In this document: positions 36,201 through 50,185 of the stretch, in pieces
Numbering within the stretch: position 1 is the first letter of the stretch
Layout: every line of letters starts with the position of its first letter
NCBI RefSeq assembly: GCF_964355755.1
Contig: NC_092677.1
Coordinates: forward strand, 10,562,101 to 10,626,100
DNA length: 64,000 nucleotides
Direction of reading: 5' to 3'
DNA from: Antedon mediterranea
Lineage: Eukaryota; Animalia; Echinodermata
Notes under the pieces: model-generated
The model's input: the letters and a program-made list of their open reading frames with translations, nothing else
Database searches by the model: none
What the model was told of the DNA's origin: nothing
Made by a program: the position numbers and the translations under genes

Positions 36201-38510
36201 TTAAATATTCAAACAGAGTTACATAGAAATTGATAGTCGTGTCTTCGACTACAAAAATCTGGGCATACATTTAATAAAGATACTTCTGATTCAGCCACAA
36301 ACCATATTTTAATCCAACAACTGATTGTCATACTCATTAATTTGGAGAAAATCTTATTTTAGTGTGATTTTCCGTTTTGTATTTGTTGTACTGTATATAA
36401 TATGGAATATTTATTCTAAAATAAAGTGATCGATTCAATTAAATAGTCATTTATGAATATTCATTCCTGGTACCCATTGACGGTCTTTGTGACCACATCC
36501 TGCCATTATTATTATTATTACTGAAAATAATAGTATGGTCCAAATCCTGAATGGGGAAACTGTTCTTGTGAATTATTTCAAATTTTTATTTCGCATTTTT
36601 ATTTCGCATTGATTAATTCCAAACATTATTACTGGGTGATTTTCTGTAGGTAGATGCTATCCAATGTATAATAATAATGATAATTAAATGGTACTGGACT
36701 GGAGATTACAATATATCTAGTTAAGATATTCATATTCATTTATTATCCACATGAGTGTAAATCCTACAGAAAGAATCTTGAGTAGAAAAAGATTTTTACA
36801 AGTACCTAATTAAATGATTCCCATGGCGACGAATTATACAATTCATGATTACATAATATCCGACCTTAATATCCAACATAAATTTTGATGAATGACATTG
36901 TACATAATAATATAACAATTATATATCATTTAGTTTTTGTATAGGTATTCAGCTCATTCAGGTCAGGTGTGTCAAATTTGTCCAGTTTTTGAGGAAATTA
37001 AACTGTGTAAATTGTATACATTTTATTATCTTTAAAAGTAAGTTATATCATTGGTTATATACAATGTGAACTGAACACAAAGCATTGTAATGTTAGTTGT
37101 ATTGTAATAATAATACAGTATTAACAAGGACATAAACCATATAATAATAATAAATAATATAAAAGATTATAAATTTAATAATATCCTCAATAATAGCCTA
37201 ATAAAATTTCTTTAAACAATAAGATATTAATAATGTTGATAATAATAATAAATAAATATACTTATATAGGCCTATACTCCATCAAAAGTTAAGTGTTGTA
37301 CTTTTTCACTATTGTATAATTCATTTCCTTTTCTTTAAACTTATGAACGCACCGTCATAAAACGTTAAAAGTTATTTATTTATATTGTATAATTGATACA
37401 TAACTTCATGGTGTATTGATTAAACTGCACACAATAACCAAAATCCAGTTGAAAGGTGTTCAAGACAATAAGAGATAATAAGGGTAACCACACTAAACGT
37501 CTGACTCACTGTTGAATTTACAACATACACCCAAAAGAGGTTCATGTATTACTAATAAGAATGATGTATGCATCTATCAACAACAGTCATAAAAATGTCA
37601 GCAATACGACAAATAGTGTAATATATCAATCTATAAATGTAACATTTATTCATTTCCTTTTGTAGGTAAAATAATTTAATATAGCAATGGAATATATAAT
37701 CAGCAAAAAACAAACAGATATAATATTATAAATAATTGTGGTGCTGAAATAAACAAAAAGGTAGTAGGTACTGAGGATCCCAAAAAGATACAGGATCTTG
37801 GGCCGGGTCTGCCTGAGAAGGGATACAAAGGGGCAGGGACAACCAGGATACAGAACAATGGATAAAACCTGAAACAATCAGGAAAATTAAGACTTGGATT
37901 CCAACCAAACTAGGAGGCGAGAAAAAAAAATGGGGATGCGGGATGTAAAGTTTATTAAATTATATAGAATTAGAATCCCTATTAAGAGGACACCTTCAAG
38001 ACTAAAAATAGTGTCTCCTTATATATGATTAATAATTAATGCTATATATTACAATCTATAATGAACATGATCAGGTAAAACAGGATATGACATGATTTGA
38101 TATTAATTGGGACAAAGATAATTCCAGACTAATCCACAATAGCAATACAAATGGTCACAAGTATGGCTACCATATTCATGCAATATACTTTTAAAGCACA
38201 AAATATAAAAGCAAATAGGAACTATTATAATTCTATTCAATCTAACAGCTATTGTATTTTCAGTAATCGAAAAAAAAAGGTTTAAAATATCTTCTAGCTG
38301 AAAGTTTTATGAATAGCCAAACCCTCGTACTAGAAATACCTTTAAAGATAAGTAAGGTTAAGTAGTCGCATAGTAGTTTTGAAAGGACCTATAGAATGGA
38401 GTCAAACAAAAGAAGTTAGCACCTATTCAAATAATTTGGGTTACTGAAGGTTGTGAAGTTACTTAATATGGGGAAAACATTATATTGGTAAAATCATGTG
38501 AAAGGGTAAT

Positions 38511-39462
38511 CATTCACCAAATTTTTTGCCAACCTGACCCATTATCCAACTCTTACACTTTTGCCAATCCATATCATTCACCAACCTCTTAGTCTTTTCC
38601 CAACCTGACTCATTATCCAATTCTAACATTTTTCCCAATCCATATCATTCACCAACTCCTAATCGTTTCCTAACCTGACCCATTATCCAACTCTTAAACT
38701 TTTCCCAATCCATATCATTCACCAAACTCTTAGTCTTTTCCCAACCTGACCCATTATTAAATTCTAACATTTTTCCCAATCCATATCATTCACCAAACTC
38801 TTAGTCTTTTCCCAACCTGACCCATTATCAAACTCTTACACTTTTGCCAATCCATATCATTCACCAAACTCTTAGTCTTTTCCCAACCTGACTCATTATC
38901 CAACTCTTACACTTTTCCCAATCCATATCATTCACCAAACTCTTAGTCCTTTCCCAACCTGACTTATTATCCAACTCTTACACTTTCCCCAAATCCATAT
39001 TATTTATCCAACTCTTAGTCTTTTCCAAACCTGACTCAAAATCCAACTCTTACATTTTCCCAATACATATCATTCACTAAACTCTTAGTCTTTTCCCAAC
39101 CTGACCCATTATCCAATTCTAACATTTTCCCAATCCATATCATTCACTAAACTCTTAGTCTTTCCCCAACCTGACCCATTATCCAATTCTAACATTTTCC
39201 CAATCAATATCATTCACCAAACTCTTATTTTTTTCTCAACCTGACCCATTATCCAACTCTTACGATTTTGCCAACTCATATCATTCACCAAACTCTTAGT
39301 CTTTTCCCAACCTGACCCATTATCCAACTCTTACACTTTTGTAAATCCATATCATTCAAAAGTTTAAGAGTTGGATAATTGGTTGGGAAAAGACTAAAAG
39401 TTGGGTTAATGAAGTGGGTTGGGAAAAACATAAGAGTTGGATTATGGCTCAGATTGGAAAAT
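38511..39462. repeat. 71-bp tandem array (~12 copies) ending in an inverted ~100-bp segment
   Basis: catatcattc at 38711, 38782 and 38853 gives a 71-bp period; reverse-complement copies at 39361-39462. Confidence 0.9.
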
Positions 39463-40429
39463 AATTATTATCGACAGTTTGGCATAAAGAGCAGTCTAGA
39501 AAATAAAAAAAATAGATGTTGGATTTACAGTGCGTGTCTAACCTGACATGAAAAAGAGATTTCTGAGTGAAATAACAAGAAAACTATAAAGAGTGCAATA
39601 AAGCATAACAATCTTTTAATCCAAAGAAAACATAACCTATCAATCAGAAATTATCAAGTGAAGAAATAAATCATTTATTTTGTCCAAAAACAAATGTTGA
39701 CCTGGTTTGATTTCGTATTGTGTAAACTTTTCCTAAAAGAATAATAGAATAATAAATAATATTCCATTCAATTAAAAACCACTGTTGGTGACAGGTGTAA
39801 AAGTTTCCCTTTAGCCTATATTTGGTAACTTTGGAAAAAAATTGAGCTTGTTTAAAGGAAAAAAAATTATTAACAGAAATGTCAAATAAATAGTTCCGAA
39901 GACAGACACGCTTGTGGTGCTACATAAAAAGATACAATAACTAGAAAAGTCATAATTAAAATGGTAGCTATTTTTCCTGCTTTTATACTAAAAAGAATCT
40001 GTCTATATTAAACAAAGATTGTACTGTAGTACAAGGATAGTACTCCTACTAGTAGTGTACTACGGAAGTGAAGGACAATAGAAAACCTCACACCAGGATT
40101 CACACCAATCATGGACAATAAGATACCTTAAACTATGTTGAAAAGAGGAATTAAACCATCTAGGTGTTGTTGTAAAGAAAGGATTTACATTTGAATTCTA
40201 GTGTATTATATAAAGGATGTCACATATATATATATTATATCGTACAGTTAACTCTATGTGGGGTAAGCGCAAAAGAATTTGGGATCGATCAAACGTTGAG
40301 AAAATTAAGTTTCTGGGTTTCACAGAGAACAGTTTTAAAGTTAATGTTGGGTCTTGATTTAGTGTTAGGCGATAAGTGTAAATTTATTTTACAATTTCAT
40401 TACTGAAGTAAAATATCAATAATAAAATA

Positions 40430-43400
40430 TTGAAGTGGCAATAATACTAGTATAGTAGAAATACTGCAGTAATTACAATTACCACAGTACTGCAGTAGCA
40501 ATACTGAAGAATGAAAATTACTGAAGTAATTGAAATAAGAGTATTGCAGTATAAATACTGAAATAAATGTATAAACAGTACTGCAAGAGAAATATTAATT
40601 TAATGGTGATAATATACTGCAGGAGAAATATTAAAGCAATGGAAAAACAGTACTGCAGGAGAAATACTGAAGAAATGACAATAACAGTACTGCAGGAGAA
40701 ATAGTGAAGAAATGACAATAACAGTACTGCAGGAGAAATAGTGAAGAAATGGCAATAACAGTACTGCAGGAGAAATACTGAAGAAATGGCAATAACAGTA
40801 CTGCAAGCGAAATACTGAAGAAATGGCAATAATAGTACTGCAGGAGAAATACTGAAGAAATGGCAATAACATTACTGCAGGAGAAATACTGAAGAAATGG
40901 CAATAACAGTACTGCAGGAGAAATACTGAAGAAATGGCAATAACAGTACTGCAGGAGAAATACTGAAGAAATGGCAATAACAGTACTGCAAGAAAAATAC
41001 TGAAGAAATGGCAATAACAATACTGCAGAAGAAATATTAAAGCAATGGAAAAACAGTACTGCAAGAGAAATATTAATTTAATGGTGATAAAATACTGCAG
41101 GAGAAATACTGAAAAAATGGCAATAAAAGTACTGCAGGAGAAATACTGAAGAAATGGCAATAACAGTACTGCAGGAGAAATACTGAAGAAATGGCAATAA
41201 CCGTACTGCAGGAGAAATACTAATAACAGTACTGCAGGAGAAATACTGAAGAAATGGCAATAACAGTACTGCAAGCGAAATACTGAAGAAATGGCAATAA
41301 TAGTACTGCAGGAGAAATACTGAAGAAATGGCAATAACATTACTGCAGGAGAAATACTGAAGAAATGGCAATAACAGTACTGCAGGAGAAATACTGAAGA
41401 AATGGCAATAACAGTATTGCAGGAGAAATACTGAAGAAATGGCAATAACAGTACTGCAAGAGAAATACTGAAGAAATGGCAATAACAGTACTGCAGGAGA
41501 AATATTAAAGCAATGGAAAAACAGTACTGCAAGAGAAATATTAATTTAATGGTGATAATATACTGCAGGAAAAATATTGAAAAAATGGCAATAAAAGTAC
41601 TTCAGGAGAAATACTGAAGAAATGGCAATAACAGTACTGCAGGAGAAATACTGAAGAAATGGCAAAAACCGTACTGCAGGAGAAATACTAATAACAGTAC
41701 TGCAGGAAAAATACTGAAGAAATGGCAATAACAGTACTGCAGGAGAAATACTGAAGAAATGGCAATAACAGTACTGCAAGAGAAATACTGAAGAAATGGC
41801 AATAACAGTACTGCAGGAGAAATACTGAAGAAATGGCAATAACAGTACTGCAGGAGAAATACTGAAGAAATGGCAATAACAGTACTGCAAGAGAAATACT
41901 GAAGGAATGGCAATAACAGTACTGCAGGAGAAATATTAATTTAATGGCGATAACAGTACTGCAAGAGAAATATTAATTTAATGGCGATAACATAGTGCAG
42001 GAGAAATATTAAAGCAATGGAAAAACAGTACTGCAGGAGAAATACTGAAAAAATGGCAATAACAGTACTGCAGGAGAAATACTGAAGAAATGGCAATAAC
42101 AGTACTGCAAGAGAAATATTAATTTAATGGCGATAACAGTACTGCAAGAGAAATATTAATTTAATGGCGATAACATAGTGCAGGAGAAATATTAAAGCAA
42201 TGGAAAAACAGTACTGCAGGAGAAATACTGAAAAAATGGCAATAAAAGTACTGCAGGAGAAATACTGAAGAAATGGCAATAACAGTACTGCAAGAGAAAT
42301 ACTGAAGAAATGGCAATAACAGTACTGCAGGAGAAATACTGAAGAAATGGCAATAACTGTACTGCAGGAGAAATACTGAAAAAATGACAATAAAAGTTTT
42401 GCAGGAGAAATACTGAAGAAATGGCAATAACAGTACTGCAGGAGAAATACTGAAGAAATGGCAATAAAAGTACTGCAGGAGAAATACTGAAGAAATGGCA
42501 ATAAAAGTACTGCAGGAGAAATACTGAAAAAATGGCAATAAAAGTACTGCAGGAGAAATACTGAAGAAATGGCAATAACAGTACTGCAGGAGAAATACTG
42601 AAGAAATGGCAATAACAGTACTGCAGGAGAAATACTGAAGAAATGGCAATAACAGTACTGCAAGAGAAATACTGAAGAAATGGCAATAACAGTACTGCAG
42701 AAGAAATATTAATTTAATGGCGATAACAGTACTGCAAGAGAAATATTAATTTAATGGCGATAACATAGTGCAGGAGAAATATTAAAGCAATGGAAAAACA
42801 ATACTGCAGGAGAAATACTGAAAAATGGCAATAACAGTACTGCAGGAGAAATACTGAAGAAATGCCAATAACAGTACTGCAAGAGAAATATTAATTTAAT
42901 AGTGATAACAGTACTGCAAGAGAAATATTAATTTAATGGCGATATCATAGTGCAGGAGAAATATTAAAGCAATGGAAAAACAGTACTGCAGGAGAAATAC
43001 TGAAGAAATGGCAATAAAAGTACTGCAAGAGAAATATTGAAGAAATGGCAATAAAAGTATGGCAGGAGAAATATTAATTTAATGGCGATAACATAGTGCA
43101 GGAGAAATATTAAAGCAATGGAAAAACAGTACTGCAGGAGAAATACTGAAAAAATGGCAATAAAAGTACTGCAGGAGAAATACTGAAGAAATGGCAATAA
43201 AAGTACTGCAAGAGAAATATTGAAGAAATGGCAATAAAAGTATGGCAGGAGAAATATTAATTTAATGGCGATAACAGTACTGCAAGAGAAATACTGAAGA
43301 AATGGCAATAACAGTACTGCAGGAGAAATATTAATTTAATGGCAATAACAGTACTGGAAGAGAAATATTAATTTAATGGCGATAACATAGTGCAGGAGAA

Positions 43401-46400
43401 ATATTAAAGCAATGGAAAAACAGTACTGCAGGAGAAATACTGAAAAAATGGCAATAAAAGTACTGCAGGAGAAATATTAATTTAATGGCAATAACAGTAC
43501 TGCAAGAGAAATATTAATTTAATGGCGATAACATAGTGCAGGAGAAATATGAAAGCAATGGCAATAAAAGTACTGCAGGAGAAATACTGAAGAAATGGCA
43601 ATAACAGTACTGCAGGAGAAATACTGAAGAAATGGCAATAAAAACTGCAGAAGAAATACTGAAGAAATGGCAATAACAGTACTACAGGAGAAATACTGAA
43701 AAAATGGCAATAAAAGTACTGCAGGAGAAATACTGAAGAAATGGCAATAACAGTACTGCAGGAGAAATACTGAAGAAATGGCAATAACAGTACTGCAGGA
43801 GAAATACTGAAGAAATGGCACTAACAGTACTGCAGGAGAAATACTGAAGAAATGGCAATAACAGTACTGCAGGAGAAATACTGAAGAAATGGCAATAACA
43901 GTACTGCAGGAGAAATACTGAAGAAATGGTAATAACAGTACTGCAAGAGAAATACTGAAGAAATGGCAATAACAGTACTGCAGGAGAAATACTGAAGAAA
44001 TGGCAATAACAGTACTGCAGGAAAAATATGAAAGCAATGGCAAAAACAGTACTGCAAGAGAAATACTGAAGAAATGGCAATAACAGTACTGCAGGAGAAA
44101 TATTAATTTAATGGCGATAACAACAGTACTGCAAGAGAAATACTGAAGAAATGGCAATAACAGTACTGCAGGAGAAATATTAATTTAATGGCAATAACAG
44201 TACTGCAAGAGAAATATTAATTTAATGGCGATAACATAGTGCAGGAGAAATATTAAAGCAATGGAAAAACAGTACTGCAGGAGAAATACTGAAAAAATGC
44301 CAATAACAGTACTGTAAGAGAAATAATAATTTAATGGCGATAACAGTACTGCAAGAGAAATATTAATTTAATGGCAATAACAGTACTGCAAGAGAAATAT
44401 TAATTTAATGGCAATAACAGTACTGCAAGAGAAATATTAATTTAATGGCGATAACATAGTGCAGGAGAAATATGAAAGCAATGGCAATAAAAGTCCTGCA
44501 GGAGAAATACTGAAGAAATGGCAATAACAGTACTGCAAGAGAAATACTGAAGAAATGGCAATAACAGTACTGCAAGATAAATACTGAAGAAATGGCAATA
44601 ACAGTACTGCAGGAGAAATATGAAAGCAATGGCAATAACAGTACTGCAGGAGAAATACTGAAGAAATGGCAATAACAGTACTGCAAGAGAAATACTGAAG
44701 AAATGGCAATAACAGTACTGCAAGAGAAATACTGAAGAAATGGCAATAAAAGTACTGCAAGAGAAATACTGAAGAAATGGCAATAAAAGTATGGCAGGAG
44801 AAATATTAATTTAATGGCGATAACAGTACTGCAAGAGAAATACTGAAGAAATGGCAATAACAGTACTGCAGGAGAAATATTAATTTAATGGCAATAACAT
44901 AGTGCAGGAGAAATATTAAAGCAATGGAAAAACAGTACTGCAGGAGAAATACTGAAAAAATGGCAATAAAAGTACTGCAGGAGAAATATTAATTTAATGG
45001 CAATAACAGTACTGCAAGAGAAATATTAATTTAATGGCGATAACATAGTGCAGGAGAAATATGAAAGCAATGGCAATAAACGTACTGCAGGAGAAATACT
45101 GAAGAAATGGCAATAACAGTACTGCAGGAGAAATACTGAAGAAATGGCAATAAAAACTGCAGAAGAAATACTGAAGAAATGGCAATAACAGTACTACAGG
45201 AGAAATACTGAAAAAATGGCAATAAAAGTACTGCAGGAGAAATACTGAAGAAATGGCAATAACAGTACTGCAGGAGAAATACTGAAGAAATGGCAATAAC
45301 AGTACTGCAGGAGAAATACTGAAGAAATGGCAATAACAGTACTGCAGGAGAAATACTGAAGAAATGGCAATAACAGTACTGCAGGAGAAATACTGAAGAA
45401 ATGGCAATAACAGTACTGCAGGAGAAATACTGAAGAAATGGTAATAACAGTACTGCAAGAGAAATACTGAAGAAATGGCAATAACAGTACTGCAGGAGAA
45501 ATACTGAAGAAATGGCAATAACAGTACTGCAGGAAAAATATGAAAGCAATGGCAAAAACAGTACTGCAAGAGAAATACTGAAGAAATGGCAATAACAGTA
45601 CTGCAGGAGAAATATTAATTTAATGGCGATAACAACAGTACTGCAAGAGAAATACTGAAGAAATGGCAATAACAGTACTGCAGGAGAAATATTAATTTAA
45701 TGGCAAGAACAGTACTGCAAGAGAAATATTAATTTAATGGCGATAACATAGTGCAGGAGAAATATTAAAGCAATGGAAAAACAGTACTGCAGGAGAAATA
45801 CTGAAAAAATGGCAATAACAGTACTGTAAGAGAAATAATAATTTAATGGCGATAACAGTACTGCAAGAGAAATATTAATTTAATGGCAATAACAGTACTG
45901 CAAGAGAAATATTAATTTAATGGCAATAACAGTACTGCAAGAGAAATATTAATTTAATGGCGATAACATAGTGCAGGAGAAATATGAAAGCAATGGCAAT
46001 AAAAGTCCTACAGGAGAAATACTGAAGAAATGGCAATAACAGTACTGCAAGAGAAATACTGAAGAAATGGCAATAACAGTACTGCAAGATAAATACTGAA
46101 GAAATGGCAATAACAGTACTGCAGGAGAAATATGAAAGCAATGGCAATAACAGTACTGCAGGAGAAATACTGAAGAAATGGCAATAACAGTACTGCAAGA
46201 GAAATACTGAAGAAATGGCAATAACAGTACTGCAAGAGAAATACTGAAGAAATGGCAATAAAAGTACTGCAAGAGAAATACTGAAGAAATGGCAATAACA
46301 GTACTGCAGGAGAAATATTAATTTAATGGCAATAACAGTACTGCAGGAGAAATATTAATTTAATGGCAATAACAGTACTGCAAGAGAAATATTAATTTAA

Positions 46401-48870
46401 TGGCAATAACAGTACTGCAAGAGAAATATTAATTTAATGGCGATAACATAGTGCAGGAGAAATATTAAAGCAATGGAAAAACTGTAAGAGAAATATTAAT
46501 TTAATGGCGATAACAGTACTGCAAGAGAAATATTAATTTAATGGCGATAACAAAGTGCAGGAGAAATATGAAAGCAATGGCAATAAAAGTCCTGCAGGAG
46601 AAATACTGAAGAAATGGCAATAACAGTACTGCAAGAGAAATACTGAAGAAATGGCAATAACAGTACTGCAAGAGAAATACTGAAGAAATGGCAATAACAG
46701 TACTGCAAGAGAAATACTGAAGAAATGGCAATAACAGTATACTGCAGGAGAAATACTGAATAAATGGCAATAACATTTCTGCAAGAGAAATACTGAAGAA
46801 ATGGCAATAACAGTACTGCAGGAGAAATACTGAAGAAATGGCAATAACAGTACTGCAAGAGAAATACTGAAGAAATGGCAATAACAGTACTGCAGGAGAA
46901 ATACTGAAGAAATGGCAATAACAGTACTGCAAGAGAAATACTGAAGAAATGGCAATAACAGTACTGCATGAGAAATACTGAAGAAATGGCAATAACAGTA
47001 CTGCAAGAGAAATACTGAAGAAATGGCAATAATATTACTGCAAGAGAAATACTGAAGAAATGGCAATAAAAGTACTGCAAGAGAAATACTGAAGAAATGG
47101 CAATAAAAGTACTGCAGGAGAAATACTGAAGAAATGGCAATAACAGTACTGCAGGAGAAATATTAATTTAATGGCAATAACAGTACTGCAAGAGAAATAT
47201 TAATTTAATGGCGATAACATAGTGCAGGAGAAATATTAAAGCAATGGAAAAACAGTACTGCAGGAGAAATACTGAAAAAATGGCAATAACAGTACTGTAA
47301 GAGAAATATTAATTTAATGGCGATAACAGTACTGCAAGAGAAATATTAATTTAATGGCGATAACATAGTGCAGGAGAAATATGAAAGCAATGGCAATAAA
47401 AGTCCTGCAGGAGAAATACTGAAGAAATGGCAATAACAGTACTGCAAGAGAAATACTGAAGAAATGGCAATAACAGTACTGCAAGAGAAATACTGAAGAA
47501 ATGGCAATAACAGTACTGCAAGAGAAATACTGAAGAAATGGCAATAACAGTATACTGCAGGAGAAATACTGAAGAAATGGCAATAACATTTCTGCAAGAG
47601 AAATACTGAAGAAATGGCAATAACAGTACTGCAAGAGAAATACTGAAAAAATGGCAATAAAAGTACTGCAAGAGAAATGCTGAAAAAATGGCAATAACAG
47701 TACTGCAGGAGAAATACTGAAGAAATGGCAATAACAGTACTGCAAGAGAAATACTGAAGAAATGGCAATAACAGTACTGCAGGAGAAATATTACAGCAAT
47801 GGCCATAACAGTACTGCAGGAGAAATACTGAAGAAATGGCAATAACAGTACTGCAAGAGAAATACTGAAGAAATGGCAATAACAGTACTGCAGGAGAAAT
47901 ACTGAAGAAATGGCAATAACAGTACTGCAGGAGAAATACTGAAGAGATGGCAATAACAGTACTGCAGGACAAATATGAAAGCAATGGCAATAACAGTACT
48001 GCAGGAGAAATACTGAAGAAATGGCAATAACAGTACTGCAAGAGAAATACTGAAGAAATGGCAATAAAAGTACTGCAAGAGAAATACTGAAGAAATGGCA
48101 ATAAAAGTACTGCAAGAGAAATACTGAATAAATGGCAATAACAGTACTGCAGGAGAAATATTAATTTAATGGCGATAACAACAGTACTGCAAGAGAAATA
48201 CTGAAGAAATGGCAATAACAGTACTGCAAGAGAAATACTGAAGAAATGGCAATTACAGTATACTGCAGGAGAAATACTGAAGAAATGGCAATAACATTTC
48301 TGCAAGAGAAATACTGAAGAAATGGCAATAACAGTACTGCAAGAGAAATACTGAAAAAATGGCAATAAAAGTACTGCAAGAGAAATACTGAAGAAATGGC
48401 AATAACAGTACTGCAGGAGAAATACTGAAGAAATGGCAATAACAGTACTGCAAGAGAAATACTGAAGAAATGGCAATAACAGTACTGCAGGAGAAATATG
48501 AAAGCAATGGCAATAACAGTACTGCAGGAGAAATACTGAAGAAATGGCAATAACAGTACTGCAAGAGAAATACTGAAGAAATGGCAATAACAGTACTGCA
48601 AGAGAAATACTGAAGAAATGGCAATAACAGTACTGCAGGAGAAATACTGAAGAAATGGCAATAACAGTACTGCAAGAGAAATACTGAAGAAATGGCAATA
48701 AAAGTACTGCAAGAGAAATACTGAAGAAATGGCAATAAAAGTACTGCAAGAGAAATACTGAAGAAATGGCAATAACAGTACTGCAGGAGAAATACTGAAG
48801 AAATGGCAATAACAGTACTACAGGAGAAATACTGAAGAAATGGCAATAACAGTACTGCAGGAGAAATACT
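40430..48870. repeat. 37-bp satellite array, roughly 220-230 monomers
   Basis: Consensus aatactgaagaaatggcaataacagtactgcaggaga; variant monomers carry attaattta, attaaagca or atgaaagca; left edge degenerate, right edge sharp. Confidence 0.98.
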
Positions 48871-49440
48871 AAATAATTGAAGACTATGCTATCTGAAGAT
48901 TAGTATTGTTGTATTTAAAGAATAACAAGAATAACAACTTGTTAATAAAAAAAGAAAACTGAGATGTTGATGTAATTAGAAGGCAAAGTAACAATTTTGC
49001 AGACACTTAATAGGTCACCAACTTCTGTACATTTGTACAGAGATGTTCTAACAATTATTTTATGCTAAAAAGTGCACCGTTAGTAAAGAATAATAACGTA
49101 AAGATTAAAAATAAATAACTTTCAACAGACAGTCTCAAGTGAACCAAAAGATATAAATAATTTCCAGGAAATTTGAAACGTTGAGGTATGAATGGATAAA
49201 TGGACAATAAGGATTTATTACACCCATCTATTAGTCTGGAAAATTAATGGTTTTGAATCTAAATAATCAGATATTGATATAGGAATTTCATCTGTATGCC
49301 TAATTAAATGCACAGATCTTTGACATGGGAAGAAAAACAAGATACCAAACTCAGAAAGAAATCACAGAATCAAAGTTTAAAGTCAATTCATCACTAAATT
49401 TTTATAAAAAAAACACCTAAAAACAAGTACAAATTTAAAA

Positions 49441-50185
49441 AACAAGGCCAACAGCCATTAAGTCGCGTGCTACAATGCATAGTGATACCGGACCGACAGA
49501 CCGACAGACAGACCGACCGACCGACCTACCAACTGACCGAAATTACTGAACATGTTTAAAAATGTTGAAATGTTTAAACATTTATATTTTTAAAATTTAC
49601 ACGTGCGTAGCCTGTCACTTTTGACGTGCCCGTATAACGTAATTTCGAGTTGAAAAGTAAGTCAAGAAAACAGAAATCGGGCAAAAAGAGTGAGTAATAA
49701 CATTTAACGCGCAGTGCGCGCGCAAAAATCTGCGTACTCATGGCAATTTTGTAAATGCTTAAAATTGCCTGAAACGTACTCTTATTTCATCGAAAATAAA
49801 TTTTGAAAATTTTAAGCGCGCGTACGCATGCGTTACATGCGCTACGCACGTAATTGTATTGCCATATGATGATTTATGCCCTGAAATTTATGAGTACCAA
49901 ATTTTATTTAATTGTGATTCATGGTTGTGAAGATATGATTACAAACGTGATTTCGTTAAATCGTGCGTAGACCGCGTAATTTTTTATTGCGCACCGTGAA
50001 AACATAACCACATCGATTCCTGGCCATAAGGAATATACTGTGAAAAATTGACTTAGCTAGATTAAACTGATATCAAGATAAGGTCAGAAAGCGATAAAAC
50101 GCATAGTGATACCGGACCGACAGACAGACCGACCGACAGATCGACCGACATAGTGAACTATAGAGTCACGTCCACGCGACTAAAA
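49441..50185 (+). mobile_element. Non-autonomous Helentron/HINE-like element
   Basis: Starts aacaag; direct repeat gcatagtgataccggaccgacagac plus (gacc/gaca)n microsatellite near both ends; terminal hairpin agtcacgtccacgcgact followed by an A run; CpG-rich interior. Confidence 0.65.

Noticed and set aside
37759-37769. AGGTAGTAGGT matching part of let-7
   Set aside because: Only 11 nt, lacks the 5' TG and the 3' half, and no precursor hairpin is evident.
40518-48846. Dozens of long Cys/Phe/Leu-rich ORFs called as membrane proteins
   Set aside because: Translations of a 37-bp satellite, the same in all frames, mostly without ATG starts, and broken by variant monomers and indels.
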